NCBI GenBank assembly: GCA_013239625.1
Contig: MU054187.1
Location: forward strand, 20,897,280 to 20,961,279
Source: Lama guanicoe
Taxonomy: Eukaryota
Length of the DNA: 64,000 nucleotides
Direction of reading: 5' to 3'
A program made the position numbers and the translations under genes. Under the pieces are notes generated by a model. The model did no database searches, was not told where the DNA came from, and saw nothing but the letters and a program-made list of their open reading frames with translations. Numbering within the stretch: position 1 is the first letter of the stretch; each line of letters opens with the position of its first letter. Positions 52,177-64,000 of this stretch are shown piece after piece.

Positions 52177-52820
52177 AGCAATTCCATTTCTGGTTATATA
52201 TCTAAAAGAACTGAAAACAGGGTCTCAAAGAGATATGTGTACACCCGTGTTCATAGCAGCATTATTCATAATGGCCAATAGGTAGAAGTTTATTGTCCAA
52301 ATGTCCACTGATGGATGAATGGATTAACAGAGTATGATACATACAGACAAAGAAATATTATTCAGCTTTAAAAAGGAAGAGAATTTTAACGTGCTACAAC
52401 ATAGACGAAACTTGAGAACATTATGCTAAGAGAAATAAGTCAGTCACAAAAAGATAAATACTGTATGATTTGCATTTATATGAGGTATCTAGAATAATCA
52501 AACTCACAGAAACAGAAAGTAGAATGATAGCTGTCAGGAGTTAAGGAGAGGGGGAAATGGAGAGTTGTTGTTTAACGGGAATAGAGTTTCAGTTTTGCAA
52601 GATGAGAAAGTTCTGGAGACTGGTTGTACAACAATGTGAATATATCAACACAACTGAACTGAACTATAGACTTAAAAATGGATAGGAGGGTAAATTTTAT
52701 ATTTTTATTTTTTTATATTTTATATTTTTATATTTTAATTTTTTAAAAAATATTTTATATAAAATATTTTATTTTTTATATTTTATATTTATTTTACCAC
52801 AATTTTTAAAAATTTTAAAT
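52177..52820 (+). mobile_element. L1MB-like 3' end with TSD
   Basis: ORF2 end plus 3' UTR (GAGTTTCAGTTTTGCAAGATGA); TSD core ATCAGATCC at 52168-52176 and 52821-52829; internal T-rich expansion at 52695-52795. Confidence 0.9.
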
Positions 52821-53439
52821 ATCAGATCCTAAAGGCAGGTCTCCTTCAAACCCACCAATAAATTTCCTTCTCACTTAGAATAAATCCACGATTCTTACCA
52901 GCACCGTCAATGTTTTATATGATCTGCACCCCTCCCCTACTGGATACCCTCCTCTGACCTCATATTCTGTTACTTACTCTCCCTGTCATTCTGCCACTGT
53001 TTTCCTGTTGTTCCTGGAGGTTGTCAACAACACGTCCCTCAGGTCCTTCACACCTGATGACTCCAGAGATGTTTACATAGCTTATTCTCTCATTTCATTT
53101 CACTGCTTGGAGAAACTCCCTGATCACCCCATCTAACTAGTATCTTCTTCCTGTCACCCTTTAACTCCTCCTTCTGAGTTAATTTTCCTCATAACCCTTA
53201 GCACCAGTTAATACACAGTATTTATTTCTGTGTTATTTTCCTCTCTTTTGATTGCTCAGATGCCTTAACTAGTTTTTATACCTTCAATTATTAAAAGTTA
53301 TTTTTTTCTTTTCCAATCTCTCACGTCAATAAGTTGTCCTATATGTTATGATTTTCATCATTATTATTTTCTTCCCTGTGATAATATCATACTACCCTCA
53401 TTTTTGGAAATTTCTATCGAATCTTCATATCCGTTAGGT

Positions 53440-54600
53440 AAAATGTAACAACTTAGCCTTCAAAATTGTCTTGTCTATTTTTGCTCTGTAATTGTTCATA
53501 TCTATCAAAGAATCAGCTGGTCAAGTTCCATGAGAATATTCATTGGAAATGCATTGAATTTTTACATTATATTGCTGGAAAGTTTATAACTTTACATTTC
53601 TGGCTCTTCTTATCCTTGTATATAATGCAATTTACTTAGATTATTAATGTCTTTCAATAAAGTGTTATGATTTTCTGAGAAAGATCTTTTATATATCTTG
53701 TGAGATTTATTTTTCATACCTTATAGCTTGGCTGTACTCATACATAATATATATTTTTAAATAAAAGTCTCTCTTATTTTCTGGTGTAGAGAAATGCCAT
53801 AGAATTCATCTTATATCTTATATCTAGCAACTGTCCTAATCTCTCATTTAATTCAGTCAGCAGATTCTTTTGGGACTTCTGTGTTGGAAATCACACATCT
53901 GTGAATTCACACATCTTTGTTTCTTTTTCAAAACAGTAAATCTTTCTCTTTCCTCTGATTCTCCCTAATCCCTTCAGAACAGTATTGAATAGAAATCAAG
54001 ACAGTGGATATCTTGCCCTTTTCTTTACTTAAGACAGAAATGCTTTTAACAATTTACTCTTAAATGTTATTTTCTTCTCTAGACTGTTTCACATTAAAGA
54101 AGTTTTCCTCTAGTCTTATGTTGCTAAGTATTTTTTGTAGTAATTCATGAAAGATTTAAATGATTATTTTATGCAACTGTTGGAATGATCATACTTTTAC
54201 CTTTAATTTGTAAATGCAATAAATTACATTAATACATTTTCTATGTTGAATTTACCTTGCATTCCTAGAATCAACCAACTCGGTGGTCCTGTTAGGTTAG
54301 CAGTTTTGGTTTGCTAATATTATCTTTAAGATAGTTCTATTACATATACAAAACAGTTTACCCTGAAATGGTTCATTTTCACTTTCATACAGTTATTTTC
54401 TGTTTTGTGGCAAGGTTAAACTCATGCCACTTAAAAAGAAGTTAAAGAGAGTTTCCTTTCTTTTTTTTATTCTCTCATAGACATGCACAAAATAGCAATT
54501 ATTTTTTGCTTTAAGTGTCTGTTTAAACTGGCCCTTGAATTTTCTTTGTGGGTAATTTTTCAAATATTCATTCAATTTCTTTAGTGATTGTCTGGTCCGA
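53440..54600 (-). mobile_element. Old L1ME-like ORF2 fragment
   Basis: TTGGAAATGCATTGAAT, TTATATCTAGCAAC, CAGAACAGTATTGAATAG, CCTTGCATTCCTAGAAT. Confidence 0.7.
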
Positions 54601-55255
54601 CCTTCTATGGCTGAAGTCCTGCAAACAAAAACACTATGTGTTTATCTGCTGGCAATGTTATATCAAATAAAACATATGTAAAACATTATGTTCTAAAAAT
54701 CTTTTTAAAAAAAATCTTAATTTCAAAACAAATCAACAAAAATCCTCCAAGAATTTTAGGTAAGAAATTATGGTCTTCTAGCTGAATTTCTGCTCCTTCT
54801 TGAATAAGTTTTGATAAGTTACCTTTTTTTTCCAAATTTTTCCCATATACTTTATGTTTTTAAATTACTGCCATCAAGTTGTTCAAAATACTCACTCATA
54901 ATTTGAAAATCTCTGCTGCATCTCTTTGTCTGGACTTTGCTTCTAACACGTTTTTATGTACATCCTTTTAACCTCGTCATCTTGCCAGATGTTAACCATA
55001 TTGATATTTAAAACAAATTTAATTTTCTTGATTCTCTCTTTGCATCATAGTTTTACTTTTTTAATTACATTCTGTCAATGGAAGTTAATACATATAACAG
55101 ATGAAAGTGCAATAATCAGACAAATTCAGGTGTGATTTTCCTCTGTGATTGACTGGCTTAACTAATGAATGGGAAGTTGGGTTTTTACTTCTGACTCCAG
55201 TTATTAGACATGGAGAAGTCAAATCAGCAGAGGGTCAAGTGAAGAGGAAAAGCAG

Positions 55256-56094
55256 TAAAAGCAAAAACAAACAAATGGGACTTAAACCGAAAAGATTCAG
55301 CACAGCAAAGGAAACCATCAACAAAATGAAAAGAAAACCTATAGAATAGGAGAAAATATTTGCAAATGATAGGATCAACAAGGGGTTAATATCCAAAATA
55401 TGCAAAGAGCTCATACAACTCAGCATCTAAAAATATAAATAAATAAATAAATAAATAAATAAAGGGCAGAAGACCTGAACAGACATTTTTCCAAAAAGGA
55501 CATGCAGATGGTCAACCGGCACATGGAAAGATGCTAAACATCATTAATCATCAGGGAAATGCAAATCAATACCACAATGAGATATCACCTCACACCTGTC
55601 AGAATGGCCATCATCAAAAAGAACACAAACAACAAATGTTCATAAAGACGTGGAGAAAAAGAAACTCTTGTACACTGTTGGTGGGAATGTAAATTGGTGC
55701 AGCCACTGTGGAAAACAGTGTGGCGGTTACTCAAAATACTAAAAATAGAACTATCACATGATCCAGCCATTACACTCCTGGGTATATACCCAAAGAGAAA
55801 CACTAATTTGAAAAGATACATGCATCCCAGTGTTCACAGCAGCATTATTTACAATAGCCAGGATAAGAAAGCAACTGAAATGCCCATCAATAATGAATGG
55901 ATAAGAAGATATGGTGTAACACACAATAGAATACTACTCAGCCATAAAGAAGGAAATTTTGCCATTTGCAACAGTATGGATGGACCTGCAAGGCATTATG
56001 CTTAGTGAAATGAGTCAGACAGAGAAAGACAAAGACTGCATGTCATCACTTATATGTGGAATCTAAAAACTAAAACAAGTGAATTTTTAAGAAA
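55256..56094 (+). mobile_element. Younger L1 truncated at both ends, with a perfect 14 bp TSD
   Basis: ORF2 C-terminus ([25 protein letters not shown]); TSD AAGAGGAAAAGCAG at 55242-55255 and 56095-56108; internal (TAAA)n at 55435-55463. Confidence 0.95.
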
Positions 56095-56520
56095 AAGAGG
56101 AAAAGCAGGATAAGGACAGACAAATATCTCTGGATTTGGCAAACAGGAGGCTACTAGTGCTTTCGGAAAGAGTAAAAATACTGAAGAGTGAGCCAGAAAC
56201 GAGGTTGTTAATTGTTAAGAAAAAACTGATGAATGGCAAAACCAAGATAAGAATGCCAACTATTGTTGCAAAGAGCATAGTTCTAGGGAGAAAAATGCTG
56301 AAATGCTAGATTATAATGTAGGGTGAAGGAGGTCCTTCTCTTTTTCTCTTCCTCCTTGGAAAGGGTAGTTTGAGAATATACATGCTAAAAGAATAACGCT
56401 GGTGTAGATAGGTGGGTTGAAAATAAAGATGAGAGGGGGCAATATTTGTGAGCTGAGATTATCAGTTGAAACAAAAGAGGTGGGATTTAGAGCACACGTA
56501 AAGTGATGAGTATTCTCAGA
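56095..56520 (-). mobile_element. Diverged L2 fragment, host of the L1 above
   Basis: GATAAGGACAGACAAATATCTCTGGATTTGGCAA and GTGGGATTTAGAGCACA. Confidence 0.55.
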
Positions 56521-56719
56521 CAAAGCTTAAGAAATATAAATAGGTTTATAGTCCAGGTCTAGAAGCTATTAAATGAAGAAAGCATATATTTGTTGAATAC
56601 CATGTAGGCAGCACTTCTGAGAAACCAAGATAGAAAAGAAAGAAAGAGATGTGACAAAAATAAGTCCAGTTCTTTCTTTCAACACACTGGTAATTTTGTT
56701 GGAAAAAGAAAAAGAAAAA

Positions 56720-56945
56720 CAATAAGCCCTTATTATGTGCCGGGCCCTATGCTGGACACATTAAAGGCATTATCTCACATAATCCTGTAACCTCCTGAAA
56801 GGGAGCATTGTGATTTTCACTTTACAAACAAGATAGCAAAGCTGGAAAAAGATCAAAAAACTTGCCCAACTCACAAAGCTAGTAATTGACTGACTTGGGA
56901 TTCAAGCCCAGATCTGTTTGAATCTAAAACTTAGCCTTCATCCAT
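56720..56945 (-). mobile_element. MIR SINE
   Basis: TATGTGCCGGGCCCTATGCT, AACTTGCCCAACTCACA, TGGGATTCAAGCCCAGATCTG. Confidence 0.8.
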
Positions 56946-59569
56946 TAAGGTACACATTTTAAAAAATGCATCAAATCCTAAATGATCCTTATGTCCTCAT
57001 GAGGAGTGAATATACAGAAAATTGAAAGCAAGGCAGTTAGATTTCACAGCTTATGGTTTCCTTTCTGCCAAAATGAGATTGGTTGGTTTTAATAATTGTA
57101 TTTGTTATTCTGATTGCTTGGACAAGATAAAGTTTCAAGCATCAGAAGGTCATACGCAAAGTCATTTATATCACGCATATATAAAAATTGTAACAGACAA
57201 AAATGACAAATTATTTTAAGAGTGTGATTATAATATTTAAAACATAGACACACTTCCAGATATTTATGACCTGGGAATATTTTGTAAATTAAGAAACAGT
57301 AGAGTGGGGACAATATCCAGCATCTGGTAGAAAAAGCAAAGTTTTCAATACGAATTTAGATGTTTGGCAATTTCTCTAATTTAGTGAGAGAAAAAATATA
57401 AGCCATTCTTTTGATATCTGATGTGTCATCTCGCCCTTCATTATGATGCTAATGGCATTGCTGCTGTTGGTGCTTGACATGAAGCAGCTGGTATATTTGG
57501 ACTGAAGCATCCAAATTTTCTCTAACAATACATGAACTGGCTCTCAGGCATTGCTTTGCAGGGATGCTTATTGAATGAATGGTGATTTGTAGGACTTTTG
57601 TGTTTATTTACACTTAATTTTAGAATTTCTCAAACTAGGGTCAGCTGTCTAAATCCCTACACATTCTTAGATAGTCACAGGGTGGGAACTTCGAAAACCT
57701 AGATGACAAACTGGTGACCATGGAAAGAGGGAGTCCTAGGTAGAGTGGTGAAAATATTAATTAACTCAATGGGAACACGTTTTAGAATAAAAATTCTAAA
57801 ATATACAGACACCAGCTCAACAGGTCCTATTAGGACTTGCATAATCAAGACTGAGTAACATGAGTCACGGAAGGGACCCTCACGCCTCTTGATCCACCTT
57901 TGCCTTCTCTGCATCCAGGCTACTCTAAGTACTGATTTGCCTCTGCTGAACTGAACTTAGTATTCAGAACCCATGGAAGTGAAAAGAGAAAAATATTTTA
58001 GGGTATCTCAGGGAAAATCAAAAGTTAAAAAATTTGAAACTATTTTCAGACTAAGTTTCTTGAGGATAATAGTATATCGGATTTTGTTTTAAATACTGCA
58101 ATTTCTTTCAAAATAGCATTTGTGTTATGTGATTATTAACTATTTAACAAATACTTGCTGAACAGCTACTTTAGACTTGGCATGGTCAAATATTCTGTGA
58201 TAGGTGAGTAAGTTGGCTATAATTCCAGCCTTTACAGGCCAGGGCAAAAGTCTGTGGTTCGTTCTATGACAGAAGAGAATTTAATGCCTTTTACATTAAG
58301 GATAAGCAATTTTATGGGCACTCAATCTAGCTGATTAATTGACAAAATGATTAAATTTTCAGGTTGCATATTAATATGAAAGATCGGTAAGAATTAACAT
58401 TCAAAATTATTTGTTAAACTCCCTCAACTACTTAATGATATAAATTCTTCATAAATATTTCTTGGCTTATCACTGATTTACTTAGAGAAAGCCTTCAGTA
58501 TACAACAATAAAAATTTTCAGAATGTGGTCTCAGTAATTGAAAGAAATGCAAATTGGTTTAAATCCAATAAGAACATAATATTTAATAAATTTTATCAAA
58601 TGTAAGAATCACTTGGCAATGCTGCAGAAAACATAAGTCACTGAATGATATGCAGAGTGTAGCTCATAGCAATGAAACTAAGACCAATAACAGTATTTCA
58701 TCTGAGGCATCCAATACCTAAGAAGTAAGCAAGGATATAAAAGTAAGTCAAGTAAAAAGCACAGCATTATTTTTTTTTCTATTCTGCACCGTATAATTGT
58801 TTAAGAGAGATCATTTTTATGGGCCATAATTTTCTCTGGACATAAACACTTCTGAAAGTAGGATGAGGATGTCACAAATTGGTAACTTCATTTCAGAGAG
58901 TATAGTACAGAACAATACTCAAGCAATTTTTGTATAAATTGATGAAGCACAAAAATAAAGCTACCCTCCTGTTACTCAAAACAAACTCATATTTCTTTTA
59001 ACAAATGCAAAGAAAACCCTTTAGTCTACTAAAAATTTAATTTAATGTTAATAGATATGGTAGAGAAAGTCCATAGGATTCTCCACTCATATACTCTCTG
59101 CTTAATTCAAAATGAGAATTTATCTGTTATTCATAAATGTATAGGGTCTTTCTTGAAGAGTTCCTTGGACTGAATCATCTCTTGGGATTTGGAGAACACT
59201 ATTAGCTTATTACTTACGTATCATGGGATTTCTGATTGATAGAAAGTGTGAGATCATAAGTATGATATAGCCAGCTAGCTAAGACCAATAATATACCTGG
59301 TTTCCTGGTTAAATACAAGGAGTTGATTACCTAAAATAAGTGGTAAACAACTAAGTTAATTAATGATGATACAAGATAACTTTACATTCCTCCCAAGTTC
59401 TTTCAAATTCTCTCCCATTGTTTCAAATTGCACAGATCATCCCAATGTGTAACTCAAGTCTCCCTCATCACAATGCCCTTGCACATATTCTGACCCACAG
59501 TATTCCTTTTATTCACACTCTGATAATCATGGAGGCTTACTTTTGTGGCTTGGGCCATTTATACTGTCA

Positions 59570-60155
59570 CATTCTTACTGAGCATCTTCTGAATCCTAGA
59601 CTTCTCTTGGAAGCTGGTTCACAGTATTGTGCAAAACAGACACAAATCCCTCCCCGCAAGGTGTTTATATCCTATTAGGGGAGGGAAACATTAAACAACA
59701 TGAATAAGTAGATTATAGCACAAAATAAGTGGTGATAAGTGTTTTGGAGGAAAACAAAGTCTGAAAGAGATCTAAGAAGTGTTTCAAAGGGAACTGCTAT
59801 TTTCAATTGGATGGTTACAGAAGGCCTGAAAGAGAAAGTCATATATGAGTAAAGATATGGAAATGAGACACTAATTGTGCAGTGAATAAGCCAAAAGTTG
59901 TTCCAAGAAAGGCAACATTGATTGCATAAGCTTTGGGGTGGGGTCACACCTCTCTCCTGTTTCAAGAACAGCAAGAAGTCCTGAGTTCTTATAGCCTGAG
60001 CAGAGAAAACAAGGAAGATAGTAGAAAGAAATGAAGTCAGAGAGCAAAAACGATGCAGACCTTGTAAGGACTTGTAGATCAGGGTGATGATGTGTTTGCT
60101 TTCCTCTAATTTAATTCAACAGGACCATTCTAGTTGCTGTACTGGAATAGTCTGA
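59570..60155 (-). mobile_element. L2 3' region
   Basis: TTACTGAGCATCT, GGTGATAAGTGTTTTGGAGGAAAA, GTTTCAAGAACAGCAAGAAG, AGGACCATTCTAGTTGCTGT. Confidence 0.75.
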
Positions 60156-60354
60156 TGAGGGAAAACAACAACAACAACAACAAAAAAGACAGAAAGGCTT
60201 TGGTTTATAGAATCTCAGGTGAATTTTACTGGACTCAATTTATTGAACATTTATAGATTAATTATCTCACTTGACACTCATAATTAGTATCTAATAATTG
60301 CTTTATATTCATTATCTAGCAAATACAGCTAAACTTTGAAGTACCTAACACTAT

Positions 60355-60897
60355 TGAAGGAAAGCAGAATTTGCCACCCCAAAATATGCTTCTTTGACAT
60401 GCAGATTATCTTGAGCCAGTTATTTTTAAGGAACAGCAGACACAGGAGAAGGTCTAAAAATCAACAGAAGTTATCCTTTTGTAAGATAAATTTACATTGA
60501 TAAGGGAACCCTCTATTTGTAAGTGTGTCTCCCTCTCTATACCAGGAAGAGAAGGATCAATAAATCTCTAAAAACCTTTTTCAGTGGAGAAGGCAATGAC
60601 CGAAATCTGCATATCAACCATACCTTTGTTCATTGTGCTTTGCCTGAAAACCTGCTGTATCTGGCTCTTCTACCCACAACATCTTTTTTTTGTCTTTAGT
60701 TGGAGATGGTATTCAAGGTGGTCACTTGGGCCATTTTGGGAGAATTATTCAGTTTTCCTCAGCTTATTGCATGTATACAGGAGACATATGTGTTATTAAA
60801 ACTTAAGTTTTTCTCCTGTTAAGCTATTTCTACTGGAGGGGGTGGTCTCAGCCAAAATTCTAGAGGGTGGAGGGAAAATCATTTTTCCTCCCCTACT
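60355..60897 (+). mobile_element. ERV1 solo LTR (MER34-like)
   Basis: TGAAGG..GCCACCCCAAAATATGC start and TTTTTCCTCCCCTAC end; flanks CTAT and GTAT. Confidence 0.8.
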
Positions 60898-61249
60898 GTA
60901 TCAATCCATTTTCCAGATGTAGAAACTTAGATATAAAGTAGTTGAGTAAACTCTCCTAAATCACATGATGACTGGTACCAGCTTTCTTCATTATCTGCAG
61001 AGAACTAGAAATATACACATAGCATGTGCTAAATTTTAAAACTGTGGTTCAGACAAAGTAATCAAGTTGCCCAGAAATCAACAGCTTATTAAAAGCTAAG
61101 CTCCCAAGCATTCTAAGTCAATAATACCACAATGACGTTAAGTAGGAAATACAAACAGAAATAAGGAAATTCCCAGAGAGAAATGACAGCATTCATTAAG
61201 GTGTGAACTTACTGTCATCAATGTAATTCTGAAAGAAATCTTATGACCG

Positions 61250-62584
61250 TGTAAGGACAAATACAAATTAAAAATAAGAAGCTTGATCCTCCCTGTTGAA
61301 AATAGAGTCTCCTTCTCTCCTTTTTCTTAGAATATCTGCTTTCAAAAAACTTGTAAGAGTTTTTTCTTATCTTCGAAATATAGATAACTCCTATTGAAAC
61401 TAGATAGGCCTTTTGTGAGCATTATGAACCAAGAAGGTCTTTCTTAAGGACATCCTAACCATCTCGTTGAAATGCAAACGTCAAAGAAGACAGCACACTT
61501 ATCTCCCAATTTCAATTGGAGGGTAGGAGGCTAACTTTGGTGGGCACCTGGCTCCAACTTGAGAAACGCCTGTCATAAAGATGTGAGAAGTTTTAGTGCT
61601 TTTGGATAAAGCCAGTTACCTAATATGGATAGTCATCCCAATTAACAGGTGCACCTAGGGTGAACTATGCATAACAAATAGTGCCATCAAGTCCCTTTAC
61701 CTGAGGACTAGTATTGTTTATCTTTAGAACTTGTACGGAACAGGTTGTATCTGCTTGGGTATATAAAAGAGTGAGCTTTCTGTGTCATAGTCTCTTAGCA
61801 GATTGCCTATTGCTAGAGCAGGCAGATAGCTGGATATGAGCAGAGAAAGGGGGACACAGACCCAATGGTAGAAATTGGGCAGAAAGGAGGGGTACAAGCC
61901 AAAGGCAGGAAAACATACATCATGTAAGTGCCAGGGGTCCCTGGGCAGAGGGAAAAAAAGCAGGAATCTTTGGGCTGATAAGGTATCACACCTTTTGACC
62001 CGGAGACCAACAAAGAAAGGTGAGAAGAGGCAGGAATTTCCAGTGTCCAAATGTAACCTGTTGCTCATTATGCCCTCATTTCAATAAAATTAGCCTTGCA
62101 GGTCATAAGTACCCATCACGAACTGATGCCACAAAACTTCTGATCCAGACTAAATAAGGACAAAAATCCCTCCTTCCTTTGGGAAGGTGGAGTTGGGATG
62201 ATAATCAGGAAATATGACCCCAAGCCCTTCCCTCCTCAATGAGTATTCTGCCCATTCATTTTTACACCCTATGTAACTAACTTGCCACAGAAACTTAGGG
62301 CAGCTGCTCACCTGAGCCTGCCCGCTCTCCCCTTGAGCGCGTACTATCCATCCTTTAATAAATCCTCACTTTACTTTTTTTGATCTCTAAGTCTTGTCTC
62401 TGAATTCTTCCTGGGATGGGACAGGAACCTGGAACACTGGTTGGATCCACCGGTATTCTATGATGTGCATTATTTTCTGATTTAATGCTTGTTTAATAAT
62501 AAGACAGTTGTCTTGTTCTACTACTTTTATGAAGACACTTTCTGGGTTGGGAGAAGTTTTTGCTTTTAATTCTATTTCCCAAAA
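61250..62584 (+). mobile_element. ERV1 solo LTR (MER67C-like), interrupted by a nested LTR
   Basis: TGTAAGGACAAATACAAATT start; TATATAAAAG at 61760; the sequence resumes at 62458 and ends TTTTAATTCTATTTCCCAA. Confidence 0.85.
61811..62457 (+). mobile_element. Younger ERV1-type solo LTR with a 4 bp TSD
   Basis: TG start; CTAT at 61807-61810 and 62458-62461; AATAAA at 62357; U5-like TGAATTCTTCCTG..AGGAACCTGG. Confidence 0.85.
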
Positions 62585-63666
62585 ACTAGTTAACTCAGAA
62601 AACACCTATCTGTTATCAGGTGGTATTAAATCAGGTGACGTAAATAATTCATTCCCAATGTTTGGTGTAGCAGGAAGACTCTCTGGTTATTAGCCAGGAA
62701 TCCATTTCTTGATTGTATATTTGACCTTTATAAAATATGAAGAAATATACAAAGAGAGACAGGAAATATAGCAAAAATAATTTCAAGTAACTAAAAAGCT
62801 AAATGATAGGACATTGTTGTCATTTCAGTTAGGCACCTACATAAGCATCCTAGATAATTAATATTCTAAAAGTTGAAAAGTACAAAAAAAATCAATAAAG
62901 TCACCATTATGTTGCCAATTGCAAAATGCTTTACCCATCAATTAATCAATTCATTCATTGAATATTTTATTTGAGTGACTAATCGGTGTTAAACATTATT
63001 CTGCTCTCTGTATAGGATGCACTGAAATAAGATAGAATGTTTCTAGAGCTCTTGTGGATATTAACTGTTGGGTGTGGCAGATGCCTGTCAGTTGTATCAG
63101 TGTAGCTAGGAATAACCTTGGCCCAACGAAATATAGACTGAATTGAGCATGTGATTTATTTGACTAACTTCTAAGCATAAAGCTCTTACACAGAGCTGAT
63201 TTCTTCTATGCCCTCTCCCCTTATTATTCTAGGAGGACTACAACCTTTGATAACAGCAAAGACACTCTCTTTTTTATTATAAATTAGATCATCAATACTG
63301 ATAGAAGCAATGTGCTCATTGCTGCAAGCTCATTGTGCTTTCTCATTGATCAGTCTGCAGCCTGGATCAACCAGGGTTCTCTCCTTGCTCCCTGAATAAC
63401 CCTCAACATCTTTGGAAAGTAAAATGATTCATTAACATATGAAAGGCGGATCCCATGACCCCCAGAAGCTGGCTTCCCTGGAATAAGTCTAATTCGATTT
63501 TAAAAAATCTATTCCTTTTCTAGCAGAATTAATATTGGGTTGCATGGTTTTAAATTTTTGCTTTATCAATTATTCAGCATTTGTCAAAAAAAGGAACATA
63601 ATACATAATTGAAATACTTTTATAAATAAACAATATAGAATATATGTACAAGATTTTCTTGGGTTT

Positions 63667-63808
63667 GTGGGGAAGATATAGCTCAAGTGGTAGAGGGCAT
63701 GCTTAGCATGCACAAGGTCCTGGGTTCAATCCCCAGTATCTCCTTCAAAAATAACCTTAATTGCCTCCCCCCTGCCAAAATAAAATAATTAAATAATACA
63801 AAAAAAAA
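63667..63808 (+). mobile_element. Vic-1-type SINE with a perfect 17 bp TSD
   Basis: A box 63679-63690, B box 63723-63732, poly(A); TSD AAGATTTTCTTGGGTTT at 63650-63666 and 63809-63825. Confidence 0.95.
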
Positions 63809-64000
63809 AAGATTTTCTTGGGTTTAATTTTCTCCTCAGCATAGACATTTATATGATCTTTGAGGTATGATACAGTCATATCAGAGGAGTTTGATTATTT
63901 CTGCTTCAAAAGATTTTGTTCCACATATCTAAACTACATATTTTCTTGTGAATAACATTTTTCTAATTGTATATGCCATCACAATACACTGCTACTCACT

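Larger units (their letters stand above)
49300..53240 (+). mobile_element. Long L2 split into four pieces by nested insertions
   Basis: Collinear L2 segments at about 49300-49500, 51205-51405, 51721-52170 and 52821-53240. Confidence 0.65.

Noticed and set aside
63667..63745. tRNA-Ala(AGC) gene
   Set aside because: It has a SINE tail domain, poly(A), a 17 bp TSD and disrupted stems
1..64000. A novel multi-gene system, CRISPR array, operon or rRNA gene
   Set aside because: Eukaryotic repeat-rich non-coding DNA with no gene-like ORFs and no regularly spaced repeat-spacer array; the recurring similar segments are dispersed L1 and SINE copies

Overview
AT-rich mammalian genomic DNA, intronic or intergenic. 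It is very likely from a camelid (camel, llama or alpaca), because it carries three tRNA-Ala-derived Vic-1-type SINEs. I found no protein-coding exon, real tRNA/rRNA gene, CpG island or prokaryotic feature. The supplied ORFs are either chance ORFs or remnants of LINE-1 ORF2. The window is a layered archive of transposons: ancient L2 and MIR; hAT and Tigger DNA transposons (MER53-, MER58B-, MER63-, Tigger3a-like); old L1M fragments; about ten LTRs (ERV1, ERVL, MaLR); eight younger L1 3' ends, most with readable target-site duplications (TSDs); and SINEs. I see no evidence of a previously undescribed biological system. The best second-look items are two twin-primed (5'-inverted) L1 insertions, a 3'-truncated L1 with a perfect TSD, a solo LTR nested inside another LTR, an ERVL-type LTR that keeps promoter motifs and a splice donor but seems to have lost its poly(A) signal, a MER53 hairpin of the miR-1302 source family, and a candidate PBX-HOX/MEIS enhancer. 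Repeat subfamily names come from recalled consensus similarity, not a database search. Boundaries without TSDs are approximate.
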